DNA of 64,000 nucleotides from Verrucomicrobiales bacterium (GCA_037439785.1 JBBIVJ010000001.1:33114-97113); one strand, 5' to 3'. Shown: positions 1 to 8,924, counted from the stretch's first letter. The notes: a model not told the origin generated them from the sequence alone. Translations and numbers: made by a program.

Positions 1-949
1 GGCGTCGTTCGATGCGCACCTCGCGTCGCGGGGCGGCACTGGTGCCGGTGACCACCACCACGATCTGTTCCTCCGGCTTGACGTGGCGGAGGTGGGTGCC
101 GTGTTGCAGGGCCTCGACGAGGTCTTGCCGGAGTTTCTCGACGCGCCGGGCGTCGTAGGGGGCGGGTTTGGCGCCGGGCAGGAGGAGGTCCCATTCCAGG
201 CGGGGCAGGGCGCCGGGCGGGGGTGGGGGGGTACCGGGTTGACCGCCGAAGAGTTCCCGCCGGGTACGCTCCCACACGCTGTCAGCCGGCTTGTCGGGCG
301 CGGTGTCGTCGCGGGGTTCCTCGGGGGCGGCCAGGGGGAAGGGCACGGCGAACAGCAGGACCGCCCCGTAGCCCTCCAGGTAGAGTGCCTCGGGTCGGCG
401 CTGGGCGGGGAAGGTGGAGACCACGATGCCCAGGGCCATTTCCTGGCCGCGACGGCGTTCCTCGCCGGCGGCCTTGCCGAGGATGCGGGAAAAGACGGCC
501 AGGTCTTCGCGCAGTTCCGCCGCTTGTGAGGGGGTGGGTTCACCCGCCGGGACAATCAGGGCCTGGGGCATGTTACCGGGTGGTTCGCCGCCCAGCCATT
601 GAATCACACTGCCCACGCCGCCGACCTCGGCCCCAAAAGGGTTGTTGTCCATCATCTGAATCATCGGCGGCGCCGGAGGCACGGGGGGTGCAGCGGCGAG
701 GTGAAGAGTGGCGAAGGCCTGCGGGCCGGCTACGCCGGCCTGGGCCAGCGCGGCGGCCACCCGGGCCCTGGCCTCCTGAAGTTGCCGACCGGCCTCGGCG
801 AGGGCGGAAGCGACTTCCGCCCGGGCTTCGGCCAGGGGCGGGGGCGGCTCGGGCCGGGGCGGGGCCGGTTGGGCGAGGGACGCGAGCTGGCCGGCCAGCA
901 GGGCCAGCCCCAGGGAACGGTTCAGCGGTGCAGGGAGTGCGGTTTTCAT
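1..949 (-). CDS. hypothetical secreted protein, partial (3' end lies outside the window)
   Basis: Absent from the ORF track because it is edge-truncated. Hand translation of the minus strand from the ATG at 947-949 gives MKTALPAPLNRSLGLALLAGQLASLAQP... (signal-peptide-like). The frame stays open to nt 1. It starts 12 nt after the anti-sigma stop on the same strand. Confidence 0.55.
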   Translation of the reverse strand, partial: MKTALPAPLNRSLGLALLAGQLASLAQPAPPRPEPPPPLAEARAEVASALAEAGRQLQEARARVAAALAQAGVAGPQAFATLHLAAAPPVPPAPPMIQMMDNNPFGAEVGGVGSVIQWLGGEPPGNMPQALIVPAGEPTPSQAAELREDLAVFSRILGKAAGEERRRGQEMALGIVVSTFPAQRRPEALYLEGYGAVLLFAVPFPLAAPEEPRDDTAPDKPADSVWERTRRELFGGQPGTPPPPPGALPRLEWDLLLPGAKPAPYDARRVEKLRQDLVEALQHGTHLRHVKPEEQIVVVVTGTSAAPRREVRIERR

Positions 950-961
950 GGGATGCGGGGG

Positions 962-1618
962 TTAACGGTGGTCCTCGCCGCCGCCAGTCGCGGTGGCCGG
1001 CGTGTAAACGGCGAGTTGGGAAAGCTGTTGGCGGGTCAGGCCGATGGCGTCGCGGGCCACGATGGCGACGGTTTCGAGGTCGCGGCGGAGGGTGGCGAAA
1101 TCGCTCAGGCGCTGGCGCTCGGCGCGCTGGTGGAGTGCCAGGGTGGCCTGCTGATCTTCGGAGCGGGCTGCGGCCCAGGCGGCGGCGAGGGCCTGCACGC
1201 CCTCGGCGTGGCGTTGCTCGACGGCCTGGAGGGCGGTGTCGAGGCGGGCCTGGAACTCGCGTCCGAGGGCGGGGCGAAGTTCTTCCGCGACGGCGGCGCG
1301 GAGGGCGCCGAGATCGGGCGGGGCGGGCGCCGCCAGGCGACCGCCTCCCCAGCCCAGGCCGAGCACCAGGAGGGCGGCGGCCGCCCAGCGGACGGCTTCG
1401 CGGGCAGTTGCCCGGGGGCGGGCGGAGCGCGGGGAGGGGAGCTGCCAGGCGTCCAGGGCGGCGCGGGTCTCCTGCCATTGGGCGAGCTGGCGCTGGCAGT
1501 CCGGGCAGTCCCGCAGGTGGGCCTCGAGGCGGGCGCGGCAGGCGGGCGCGGCTTCGTCGTAGAGGTATTCCGCCCAGAGTTCGGGCGAGGGGTGGATCGA
1601 GTCAGGTGAGGGATTCAT
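962..1618 (-). CDS. anti-sigma factor (zf-HC2-type, single-pass membrane)
   Basis: H-x3-C-x2-C motif in EAHLRDCPDCQRQL. One hydrophobic helix (WAAAALLVLGLGWGG). Its ATG overlaps the TGA of the upstream ECF sigma gene (ATGA at 1615-1618). Confidence 0.75.
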   Translation of the reverse strand: MNPSPDSIHPSPELWAEYLYDEAAPACRARLEAHLRDCPDCQRQLAQWQETRAALDAWQLPSPRSARPRATAREAVRWAAAALLVLGLGWGGGRLAAPAPPDLGALRAAVAEELRPALGREFQARLDTALQAVEQRHAEGVQALAAAWAAARSEDQQATLALHQRAERQRLSDFATLRRDLETVAIVARDAIGLTRQQLSQLAVYTPATATGGGEDHR

Positions 1619-2289
1619 GGCACGGTGGGTCGGGGGAGGCGGCCGCGTCGGCCGGCGGGAGGCGCTGCGGATCGGTCCAGGGCGCGGGCCAGGCGGCGGG
1701 CCAGCAGGTGAAGCGCTTCGGTCATGCGGGTTTTGACGGTGCCTTCGGGCAGATCGAGGACGTCGGCAATTTCGCGGAACTTCAGCCCTTGGTAATGGCG
1801 GAGGACCAGGATGGCGCGGTGCGCCTCGGGCAGTTCGCTCACGGCGCGGCGGACAACTTCGCTGGTTTCGCGGCGCAGGGCGGCCTCGTCCGGAGCGGGG
1901 GCGGTGTCGGGCGGGTCGGCGCAGGGGCCGGGGTAATCCGGGTCGGGGTCGGGCAGATCGGCGGGTTGTTCGCGGTGGAGGTAGGGTTGGCGGAGGGCGC
2001 TGGCGGTGTGGTTGAGGGCGACGCGCCAGAGCCAGGTCGAGAAGCGGGCGGCGTCGGGGCGGTAGCGGTGGCGGTGGGTGAAGATGCGGGCGAAGATTTC
2101 CTGGACGAGGTCTTCGGCGCGGTGGGCGTCACCGGTGAGGCGGGTGCAGAGGCGTTGGAGGGGGCTTTCCCAGCGGCGGACCAGTTCGCCGAAGGCGCCG
2201 GGGTCGCCGGACATCTGGACGCGCCACATGAGCTGTTCGTCCGAAGGGGCGAACAGGGCGGAGAGGGGGGGTAGCCGGCCGGCACGCAT
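1615..2289 (-). CDS. RNA polymerase ECF-type sigma factor
   Basis: An internal ATG (Met257 of the 480-aa track ORF) gives 224 aa. Sigma-70 region 2 is present (DLVQEIFARIF, FSTWLWRVALNH), as is region 4 (LVLRHYQGLKFREIADVLDLPEGTVKTRM). The upstream part of the track ORF is antisense to the neighbouring sigma gene. Confidence 0.85.
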   Translation of the reverse strand: MRAGRLPPLSALFAPSDEQLMWRVQMSGDPGAFGELVRRWESPLQRLCTRLTGDAHRAEDLVQEIFARIFTHRHRYRPDAARFSTWLWRVALNHTASALRQPYLHREQPADLPDPDPDYPGPCADPPDTAPAPDEAALRRETSEVVRRAVSELPEAHRAILVLRHYQGLKFREIADVLDLPEGTVKTRMTEALHLLARRLARALDRSAAPPAGRRGRLPRPTVP

Positions 2290-2330
2290 CGCGTTCCGGG
2301 GAGTGATACGCTCCGGGGTGGGGTTTGGTT

Positions 2331-2357
2331 TGAACTTTTTTTTGCAACTTTCCGTTC
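2331..2357 (+). promoter_or_regulatory. candidate ECF-type promoter (TGAAC - 17 nt - CGTT) in the divergent intergenic region
   Basis: TGAAC at 2331-2335, an 8-T run, then CGTT at 2353-2356, about 70 nt upstream of the ATG at 2428. It resembles the GGAAC-N16/17-CGT consensus of autoregulated ECF promoters. This is a pattern match only. Confidence 0.25.
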
Positions 2358-2427
2358 CCGCTCGGGGTTGCAGGGTCAACAATGGACGCCCATTGACGGA
2401 CGGTGATCTGAACCAGACCCCCGGCGG

Positions 2428-2979
2428 ATGAGCGACCCCGTCCAGTTCGAGGCGTTCCTGCGACAACACCAGGACGCGGTGTACACCACGGCGCTGCGAC
2501 TGGTGGGCCGTCCCGCCGAGGCCGAAGACATCGCCCAGGAGGTGTTCCTGAAGGCATACGAGCACTTTGCCGATCTGGCCGAAAGCCCCACCGCCGTGGG
2601 CTGGCTCAAGACCGTGGCCCGCAACCTTGCGCTCAACCACCTCACCCGCTACCGCAACCGCTGGCGGTTTTTCTCCGAGTTCGAGGGCGAGGACGAGGCC
2701 GGCGACCGCCCCTTTGCCGACACCCTGGCTGCGCCGGACACCCACCAGCAGACCCTCGACACGGCCGACCAGCGCAAAATCCTCGAAGCCGCCCTCCAGT
2801 CCCTGCCCGCGGCCTGGCGCGTGCCGCTGGTGCTCTACCACTTCGACCACCTCAGCTACGAAGAAATCGCCGCCCGGCTCAAGGTCTCGCTGGGCAAGGT
2901 CAAGACCGACATCCACCGGGGACGCGAAGCCCTGCGCCGCAAGTTGCTCCGCCAGCACCCCGACCTGAAAGCTCCATGA
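2428..2979 (+). CDS. RNA polymerase ECF-type sigma factor
   Basis: 183 aa. Region 2 (EAEDIAQEVFLKAY, VGWLKTVARNLALNHL) and region 4 (LVLYHFDHLSYEEIAARLKVSLGKVKTDIHRGREAL). ATG start. Confidence 0.9.
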   Translation: MSDPVQFEAFLRQHQDAVYTTALRLVGRPAEAEDIAQEVFLKAYEHFADLAESPTAVGWLKTVARNLALNHLTRYRNRWRFFSEFEGEDEAGDRPFADTLAAPDTHQQTLDTADQRKILEAALQSLPAAWRVPLVLYHFDHLSYEEIAARLKVSLGKVKTDIHRGREALRRKLLRQHPDLKAP

Positions 2980-3091
2980 CCGCCCCCACCCCGCCGACTG
3001 CCCCGCCCGCTCCGGCCCCGGTTGCCCCGGCCGCCGGTTTTGCTCGCAACTTTTCACCCCCCCGCCGTGTCGTTAACCTCGTGAACAACGC

Positions 3092-3592
3092 ATGACTCCG
3101 TCCCGGCACACCCCCGAGGAAGACTGGGAAGCCTGGCTGGACCACCGGCTGAAAGCCCTGCCGGATCGCCCCGCCCCTGCCAGCCTGGCGCCGCGGGTCC
3201 TGGCTGCGGTGGCGGCCCGGGCGCGTCGGCCCTGGTACCGCCAACCCTGGTTCGCCTGGCCGCGGCTGGCGCAGGTGCTTTCGCTGGTCCTGTTGTCGGC
3301 CACGCTTGGCTCGCTGACCTACGCCCTGCTCCACCTGGGCGAGCTGGCCGGGGGTGGGACGGGGGCGGCACCGTGGCGGGTCTGGTGGGCGCCGATCGAG
3401 GCCCTAGGGACGGCGCTGGCCTTGGTGTTCGAAGCGGTGGAACTGGCGGCGCGCCAGGTGGAGGGACGGGTCTGGGTGGCACTGGGGACGTTGGCCGCGC
3501 TCATGTACCTGACCTGCGTGGGCGTCGGTACAGTGTTGTACCGGTTGGTGGCGCGGCCGCGCCGGGAAGGGAGGTCGCATGAAAAGATTTGA
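3092..3592 (+). CDS. membrane protein, putative cognate anti-sigma factor
   Basis: 166 aa. It follows the ECF sigma gene and overlaps the next gene by 14 nt. A soluble N-terminal segment is followed by several hydrophobic helices. There is no zf-HC2 motif, so the functional call rests on position only. Confidence 0.5.
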   Translation: MTPSRHTPEEDWEAWLDHRLKALPDRPAPASLAPRVLAAVAARARRPWYRQPWFAWPRLAQVLSLVLLSATLGSLTYALLHLGELAGGGTGAAPWRVWWAPIEALGTALALVFEAVELAARQVEGRVWVALGTLAALMYLTCVGVGTVLYRLVARPRREGRSHEKI

Positions 3593-5426
3593 GACCGCCG
3601 GAACCGGCCGCCCGCGGCATTGGCTGGGGATACTGGCCGCGACGGCCACCGGCGTCGGTGCCCTCCTGGCGCAGGCCCCCGATGCCGGCACCGCGGACGC
3701 CGCCTCAGAGGGCCGGCGGGTCGAGGAGCTGGTCAACGTCTTCGACAACTCCTACCTGAAGCCGGGCTGGAAGGCGGGGGTGGCGGTGACCGTGTTTGGC
3801 AATGCGCGCATCGAGGGGGAGGTCGAGGACGTTTGCGTAACGGTCTTCGGCAATGCGGTGGTCGCGGGCCGGGTGGGCCAAGAGTGCGTGGCGGTCTTCG
3901 GCAACCTGGACCTCAACGGCGAGGTGGGCGGCGACCTGGTGGTCTTCATGGGTGATGCACGGTTGGGGCCGCAGGCGGTGGTGCATGGCGAAACCATCGT
4001 CATCGGCGGCAAGGTCCACGCGGCTCCCGGCGCCACCCTGCATGGCCAGAAGTTGCAACTGGCCGGCTTTCTGCCGGCGATCGGGGAGTGGTTTCGGAGC
4101 GGGCTGTTTCTGGGCCGGCCGATTGCACCGGGGGTGGGCTGGGTGTGGGGGGTGGTGGCAGTGCATTTTCTGCTCTACCTGCTGGCGGCAGCCCTGCTGC
4201 CGCGGCCGGTCGAGGCCGTTGAGGGGGTGCTCGACCGTCAGACCCTGGCCGCCTTCGGCGTGGGGTTGCTGGGGCTGATCCTGGGCGCGCCGCTGAGCCT
4301 TGTGCTGGTGGCCTCGGGGGTGGGACTGCTGGTGCTGCCCCTGCTGATGGTGGCGTTGATGGTAGCGCTCTGGCTGGGCAAGGCGGCGACCTTTCAATGG
4401 ATGGGCCGCAGCCTGTGCCGGCGGTTCAACCCGGCGGGAACCTGCCCCCCGCTGCCGGGCTTCGTGGTGGGCTTCGGCCTGGTGACGCTGCTGTACCTGG
4501 TGCCCGGGGTGGGGTTTGTGGTGTATGGCCTGTTGGTGCCGCTGGCCTTTGGCGCCGTGCTGCTGGCCATGTTCGAGACCCTCCGCGCCGGCCAAGCTCC
4601 CCCGGCACCACTGACCGCCGCTGCGGCTCCGTCACCCGGAACCGCCCCGCTGGCGGGGGCGCCGCCCGCATCCGTGCCTTCCGCGCCCCCCGCTCCGGAC
4701 ATTCCCCCGGACCTTCCGCCCAAGCCGCACGCCGCCGCCCCGGCTTTAGCCCTGCCGGTTCTTCGGCAGCCGGCCGCGTCGGCTGACCGTCCGCCGCGGG
4801 AGGCGTTGGCCGCCTCCACTCCTGCCTTGCCGGAGCCGGGGAAAGCTCCTGCCCCATCCGCCGGCGCCGAACCGGAAGTTCCCTCCGCCGCCTCTCTGCT
4901 CGAGGGGGCGTCACCGCCGCCCCCGCCCCCGCCCTCACCTCCTCAAGCGGCGGTGCCGCCTCCGCAGCCTCCGCCTCTTCCACCCAGATCGCCGGCGGCA
5001 TCCGGCTCGGGGTCGGCCGGTTTGAGCGCGGCGGAACTGGCCACGTTGCCGCGGGCGGGGTTCTGGCTGCGCGCGGGAGCGGCGGTGTTGGACCTGATTT
5101 TGCTGGCGTGGCTGCTGGCGCCGTTGCCGGGGGCCCTGCCGGGGCCGCTGTTGGTCGTGGGCCTGATCGCCTACCACACTGCCTTCTGGGCGTGGAAGGG
5201 CACCACGCTGGGCGGGATTGTCTGCGGGCTGAAGGTGGTGCGGCTGGATGGCCGGCCGCTGGACTGGCAGGTGGCGCTGGTGCGGGCGCTGGCGGCGGTC
5301 TTTTCGGCGCTGCCGCTGGGGCTGGGCTTTTTCTGGGCGGGGTGGTCGGCGGACCGGCAGAGCTGGCACGACAAGATTGCCGGCACCGTCATTGTGAAGG
5401 CGCGGCGGGGCGAGCCGTTGATTTGA
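3579..5426 (+). CDS. RDD-family membrane protein with an N-terminal beta-helix-like repeat module and a Pro-rich linker
   Basis: GGAAGGGAGG lies upstream of the ATG. Signal-like N-terminus. Repeated VFGNA/VFGNL/VFMGDA units resemble bactofilin-type polymer-forming repeats. A block of TM helices follows, then ~170 aa rich in P/A, then a C-terminal RDD-domain pattern (LRAGAAVLDLILL ... GLKVVRLDG ... WHDKIAGTVIV). Confidence 0.75.
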   Translation: MKRFETAGTGRPRHWLGILAATATGVGALLAQAPDAGTADAASEGRRVEELVNVFDNSYLKPGWKAGVAVTVFGNARIEGEVEDVCVTVFGNAVVAGRVGQECVAVFGNLDLNGEVGGDLVVFMGDARLGPQAVVHGETIVIGGKVHAAPGATLHGQKLQLAGFLPAIGEWFRSGLFLGRPIAPGVGWVWGVVAVHFLLYLLAAALLPRPVEAVEGVLDRQTLAAFGVGLLGLILGAPLSLVLVASGVGLLVLPLLMVALMVALWLGKAATFQWMGRSLCRRFNPAGTCPPLPGFVVGFGLVTLLYLVPGVGFVVYGLLVPLAFGAVLLAMFETLRAGQAPPAPLTAAAAPSPGTAPLAGAPPASVPSAPPAPDIPPDLPPKPHAAAPALALPVLRQPAASADRPPREALAASTPALPEPGKAPAPSAGAEPEVPSAASLLEGASPPPPPPPSPPQAAVPPPQPPPLPPRSPAASGSGSAGLSAAELATLPRAGFWLRAGAAVLDLILLAWLLAPLPGALPGPLLVVGLIAYHTAFWAWKGTTLGGIVCGLKVVRLDGRPLDWQVALVRALAAVFSALPLGLGFFWAGWSADRQSWHDKIAGTVIVKARRGEPLI

Positions 5427-5481
5427 GCATTTGAGCAGTCGCGCCGGGGCCCCCGCTCGGGCGCCCGGCGAGGTGGCGGGA

Positions 5482-6918
5482 TCACTCGAGCCAGGCGTGA
5501 TGGTCGTGGCGGAGCAGGCCCAGGTGGGCGCGGCCGCCGGGAGTGAGATCGGCCTCGAACTCGTCCACGGCCTGCCAGTAGGTGTGGCCTTCGGCGTCGG
5601 TGTGGGTGCGGCGGAGGAAGACGAAGGGGGCGTTGTCGGCCAGTTCCCAGCAGGCGGCGGGGGCGGCGACGGTCCAGTGGCCGGTGCGGCGGTCCAGGCG
5701 CACGTCCCAGGTGTTGAGGCGCTCGGCCAGGTCGGCCGGCAGGCCAAGTTGGGCGAGGTGGCGCAGCAGGGCGCTGTGGGCGGCGACGTCGGCGCGGATG
5801 TGTTCGGGGGCGGGCTGGCCGAGGCAGCGGGCCAGGTCGTTGAGGGAGCCGATGCGCAGGCTGCGGAGGATGGTGGCGCGGGCGATGGGGCCGGCCAGCC
5901 AGGCGAGGGCGGTGGGGAGCTGTTCATGGATGAAGGTGGTGCCGGAGCCGACGAGCATCTGGTTTTGCTCCTCCGGGGGCAGGTGTTCCCATTCAGGCAG
6001 GCGGGCGGCGAGGTAGGCCTTGAGCAGGTGCCAGAATTCGGCGAAGAGCAGGCGGCGCTCGCGGAGCTGGGTCTGGACCAGCGGCAGGGCGGTCTTGAGG
6101 TGGGGAAACGCCTTCCAGACGTCCGCGATCTGGGAGTCGCGGAAACGGTACATCGCGGGGGTGGCGAGCATTTCCTCGGCGGTGGCGGCGTCCAGGGCGA
6201 GGCGGGATTCGCCGGTGGCCATTTCGAACAGGGCAACGCCGGAGGAGAAGATGTCGGAGGCCGGGCCGGGCGGCACGCCGGCCTGGAGGTTGGAGACGTC
6301 AATGACGACCTCGGCATGGTCGGGAGTGGCGGCGTAGAGGAAGTCGTTGGGGGCCCGGCGGTGGCGCGGGGTGAAGAACGCCCCCAGGTCCACGAGCCGC
6401 ACGGCGCCGTCGTCGAGGCGGATGACGTTGTCGGGCTTGAAATCCATCAGCACCAGGCCATGCCGGTGGAACAGGTCCACGATGGCCAGGACTTCCTGGA
6501 GGGCGCGCCGCAGTTCATCCAGGGCGGCGGCGTCGTAGCCGCCGGCGGCCAGTTCTTCGCCCCAGTGCCGGAGGTTGTGGCCGTGGAGCCGTTCCATGGC
6601 GATGTAGGCGTACTGGCGTTCGGCGTGGAGCTGGCCGCCGTAAAAGGTGGGCACAAACAGGCGCAGGGTCTCGACGGCCTGGAGTTCCTCGAAGGTGGCC
6701 AGTTCGGAGCGGAAATTCATGTACGGGCCGTAGCCCACCTCGTCAGGCCGGCCGCAGCTCAGGTCGAAGATTTTCACCACCACCCCCCCGCGGTCGGTCA
6801 GGTACAACGCCGTCTCGGGGTTCTGGGCCAGCGCGTGCACCAGCCGCACCGGTCCCAGCCCGGTCACCGACACCACTTCGCCGGCGTGCCGGCCGGAGGA
6901 GAGTTCGGCGGGGTTCAT
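5482..6918 (-). CDS. atypical Ser/Thr protein kinase-like protein with an uncharacterised C-terminal domain
   Basis: An internal ATG (Met67) gives 478 aa. Kinase core motifs: VVVKIFD (Lys), catalytic loop LMDFKPDNVI, DLG in place of DFG, SDIFSSGVALFEMATG (subdomain IX-like). About 230 aa at the C-terminus have no motif I recognise. Confidence 0.7.
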   Translation of the reverse strand: MNPAELSSGRHAGEVVSVTGLGPVRLVHALAQNPETALYLTDRGGVVVKIFDLSCGRPDEVGYGPYMNFRSELATFEELQAVETLRLFVPTFYGGQLHAERQYAYIAMERLHGHNLRHWGEELAAGGYDAAALDELRRALQEVLAIVDLFHRHGLVLMDFKPDNVIRLDDGAVRLVDLGAFFTPRHRRAPNDFLYAATPDHAEVVIDVSNLQAGVPPGPASDIFSSGVALFEMATGESRLALDAATAEEMLATPAMYRFRDSQIADVWKAFPHLKTALPLVQTQLRERRLLFAEFWHLLKAYLAARLPEWEHLPPEEQNQMLVGSGTTFIHEQLPTALAWLAGPIARATILRSLRIGSLNDLARCLGQPAPEHIRADVAAHSALLRHLAQLGLPADLAERLNTWDVRLDRRTGHWTVAAPAACWELADNAPFVFLRRTHTDAEGHTYWQAVDEFEADLTPGGRAHLGLLRHDHHAWLE

Positions 6919-7193
6919 GGCCGGCGTCGGCGGGGGGCGCGCCCCGGGGCGGCCCGCCCGTGGTCCCGCACCGGCCCGGGCCGCGGGGTCGGGGCGCGTC
7001 GCGCTGGGGGGAAAAGCGGCGCCTGCTCGGGGGTGAACATGGGCCGAGGATAACGCAAAGGAGGGAGGCTGGGAAGCAGGCGGACGGGGCGGCGACGGCG
7101 GCGAGTGCGCTTGCAATATGCCCCGCCGGCGCCCATGCTCGCTCGGTTGACACGGGCCGCCCCGCAGGGGTGCGGGCCGCGGGTCTCAGACGC

Positions 7194-8924
7194 ATGAACA
7201 ATTCCTCGGAGTTCGAGCTCGATCAGGATTTGCAGTTGCTGCCTGCCTGGGCACGCCAGCCAACGTCCGCCAACCGGTACGCCCACTACACCGGAGAGGA
7301 AGGCGTTCCGCGCGAAGGCCGCCGGGGGGATCGTCCGCCCCACCGGGAGCGCCCCCGCGGAGAGCGCCGCCCCGAGGACCGTCCGGCCCCGCGGAGGGAG
7401 CGCAGCCCCGACGGCCCGCCCGGACGTCGTCCGCTTGGGCGTCCCGGTCCGCGCCGGCCCGAGGCGCCGCGCGAGCCGGAGGCGCCGTTGCCCGAGGTCC
7501 TGGTCCACCTCCTTCCGGAGAAGGAGAGCGTCGAGCGGCTGGCGCGGCAGATTCGGTTGACCGGCCGGGCCTATCCGCTGTTTCAAATCGCGACGCTGAT
7601 CCTCAAGCAGCCCGACCGCTTCCACGTCCAGTTCCACGTCAAGAAAGGCGCGGAGGGGCAGGTGCTCCAGCCGCTGTGGGTTTGTTCCCTGGACGAAACG
7701 GTCTGGCTCAGCGAGGAGGAGGTGGCCCAGCACGTGTTGCGGCACCACTTCGATGCGTTTTACCAGACCGAAAAGGTCCCCTGCGAACCGCCCAAGGGCA
7801 CCTACACCCTGGTGGCGCAGTGCGGCTTGAGCGGCGAATTGCTCGGCCCGCCGAACTACCACGACTACCAGGCCAAGCTGCACAAGCTCCACCAGGAGCG
7901 GTTTGCCCACATGCCGTTCGAGGCCTACAAGGCGCGGGTGCGGATCGTGCGCGATGAGGCGGTGGTCAAGCAGTGGCTGGAGCAACAGAGCTGGAAGGCC
8001 GAGTACCTCGGCCTGAACCTGCCCGAGCCGATCCGCTTCACCGACCGCGCCCAGGTTGAGCGGCACTTCCGCGAGACGCACCTGCCCAACCTGGTCAAAC
8101 AGGTCGAAGCCCACACGCTCACCACCCCCGAAAGCCAGCGGTACATGTCGCGCGGGTTGCGGGCGCTGATGCGGCACACCCTCGAGGAACAACGCCGGTT
8201 CCCGCTCAAGGTGGCCACCCAGCTCAGCCAGCAACTGGGCCATCACGGCCTGCACTTCTTCAAGGTCAACAAGACCGTGGTTCACGTCTGCGTGGCCCGT
8301 CCCCATCACCTGGACCTCCACGCCGCCACCGTCACCGAACGGGTGCGCCGGATCATCGAGTTCATCGAGGCCCATGCTGGCAGCTCGCGCCGTCAACTGC
8401 TGGATGCCCTGGCCCCCGCTCCACCCCCCGCCCCGGCCCCGGCCGCAGGCGAAGGAGTCCCCGCAGAGACCCCGCCCGCGCCCCAGACCGGCGCGGCCCC
8501 GGCCGAACCGGCCCCCACCCCCGAGCAGACGGCCATCATCAGCGACCTCCACTGGCTCATCCACCAGGGGCATGTGATTGAATTCAGCGACGGGCGCATG
8601 GAAACCGCCAAGCCACCCAAGCCCAAGCCCCCGCCCTCCCCACCGAAAGCCGCGCCCGCCGCCGCGGCTCCCGAATCAGCTTCCCCCAGCCCGCCGCCCC
8701 AAGAGACCGGGGCGCCCGAGCCGTCGCCATTTGCCGTGAGCGATGCCGGCGAGCAGGCCGCGGCTTCGGAATCGCCCACGGCGGATGTTTCCGCAAGCGA
8801 CGACAGCCGGGCAGCCGCTCCGGCTCCCGAACCTGCCATCCCGGCGTCGGAGGAAAGCACGGAAACGCCGCCCCCGGCGGTGCCTTCTCCCGACACCGAC
8901 GCCCGCCCTCCGGCCCAGCCTTGA
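7194..8924 (+). CDS. conserved hypothetical protein (Arg-rich N-terminal and Pro/Ala-rich C-terminal disordered regions)
   Basis: An internal ATG (Met79 of the track ORF) gives 576 aa. There is a structured central region of ~330 aa (RLARQIRLTGRAYPLFQIATLILKQPDRF ...). I recognise no catalytic motif. Confidence 0.6.
   Translation: MNNSSEFELDQDLQLLPAWARQPTSANRYAHYTGEEGVPREGRRGDRPPHRERPRGERRPEDRPAPRRERSPDGPPGRRPLGRPGPRRPEAPREPEAPLPEVLVHLLPEKESVERLARQIRLTGRAYPLFQIATLILKQPDRFHVQFHVKKGAEGQVLQPLWVCSLDETVWLSEEEVAQHVLRHHFDAFYQTEKVPCEPPKGTYTLVAQCGLSGELLGPPNYHDYQAKLHKLHQERFAHMPFEAYKARVRIVRDEAVVKQWLEQQSWKAEYLGLNLPEPIRFTDRAQVERHFRETHLPNLVKQVEAHTLTTPESQRYMSRGLRALMRHTLEEQRRFPLKVATQLSQQLGHHGLHFFKVNKTVVHVCVARPHHLDLHAATVTERVRRIIEFIEAHAGSSRRQLLDALAPAPPPAPAPAAGEGVPAETPPAPQTGAAPAEPAPTPEQTAIISDLHWLIHQGHVIEFSDGRMETAKPPKPKPPPSPPKAAPAAAAPESASPSPPPQETGAPEPSPFAVSDAGEQAAASESPTADVSASDDSRAAAPAPEPAIPASEESTETPPPAVPSPDTDARPPAQP

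Noticed and set aside
223-2274. 683-aa plus-strand ORF (and neighbours 573-1478 minus, 599-1609 plus) extremely rich in Arg/Gly/Pro
   Set aside because: It lies antisense or out of frame to the well-supported minus-strand genes here: the partial secreted-protein CDS, the anti-sigma factor and the ECF sigma factor. The RGP-rich low-complexity translation is the usual product of wrong-frame reading in very GC-rich DNA.
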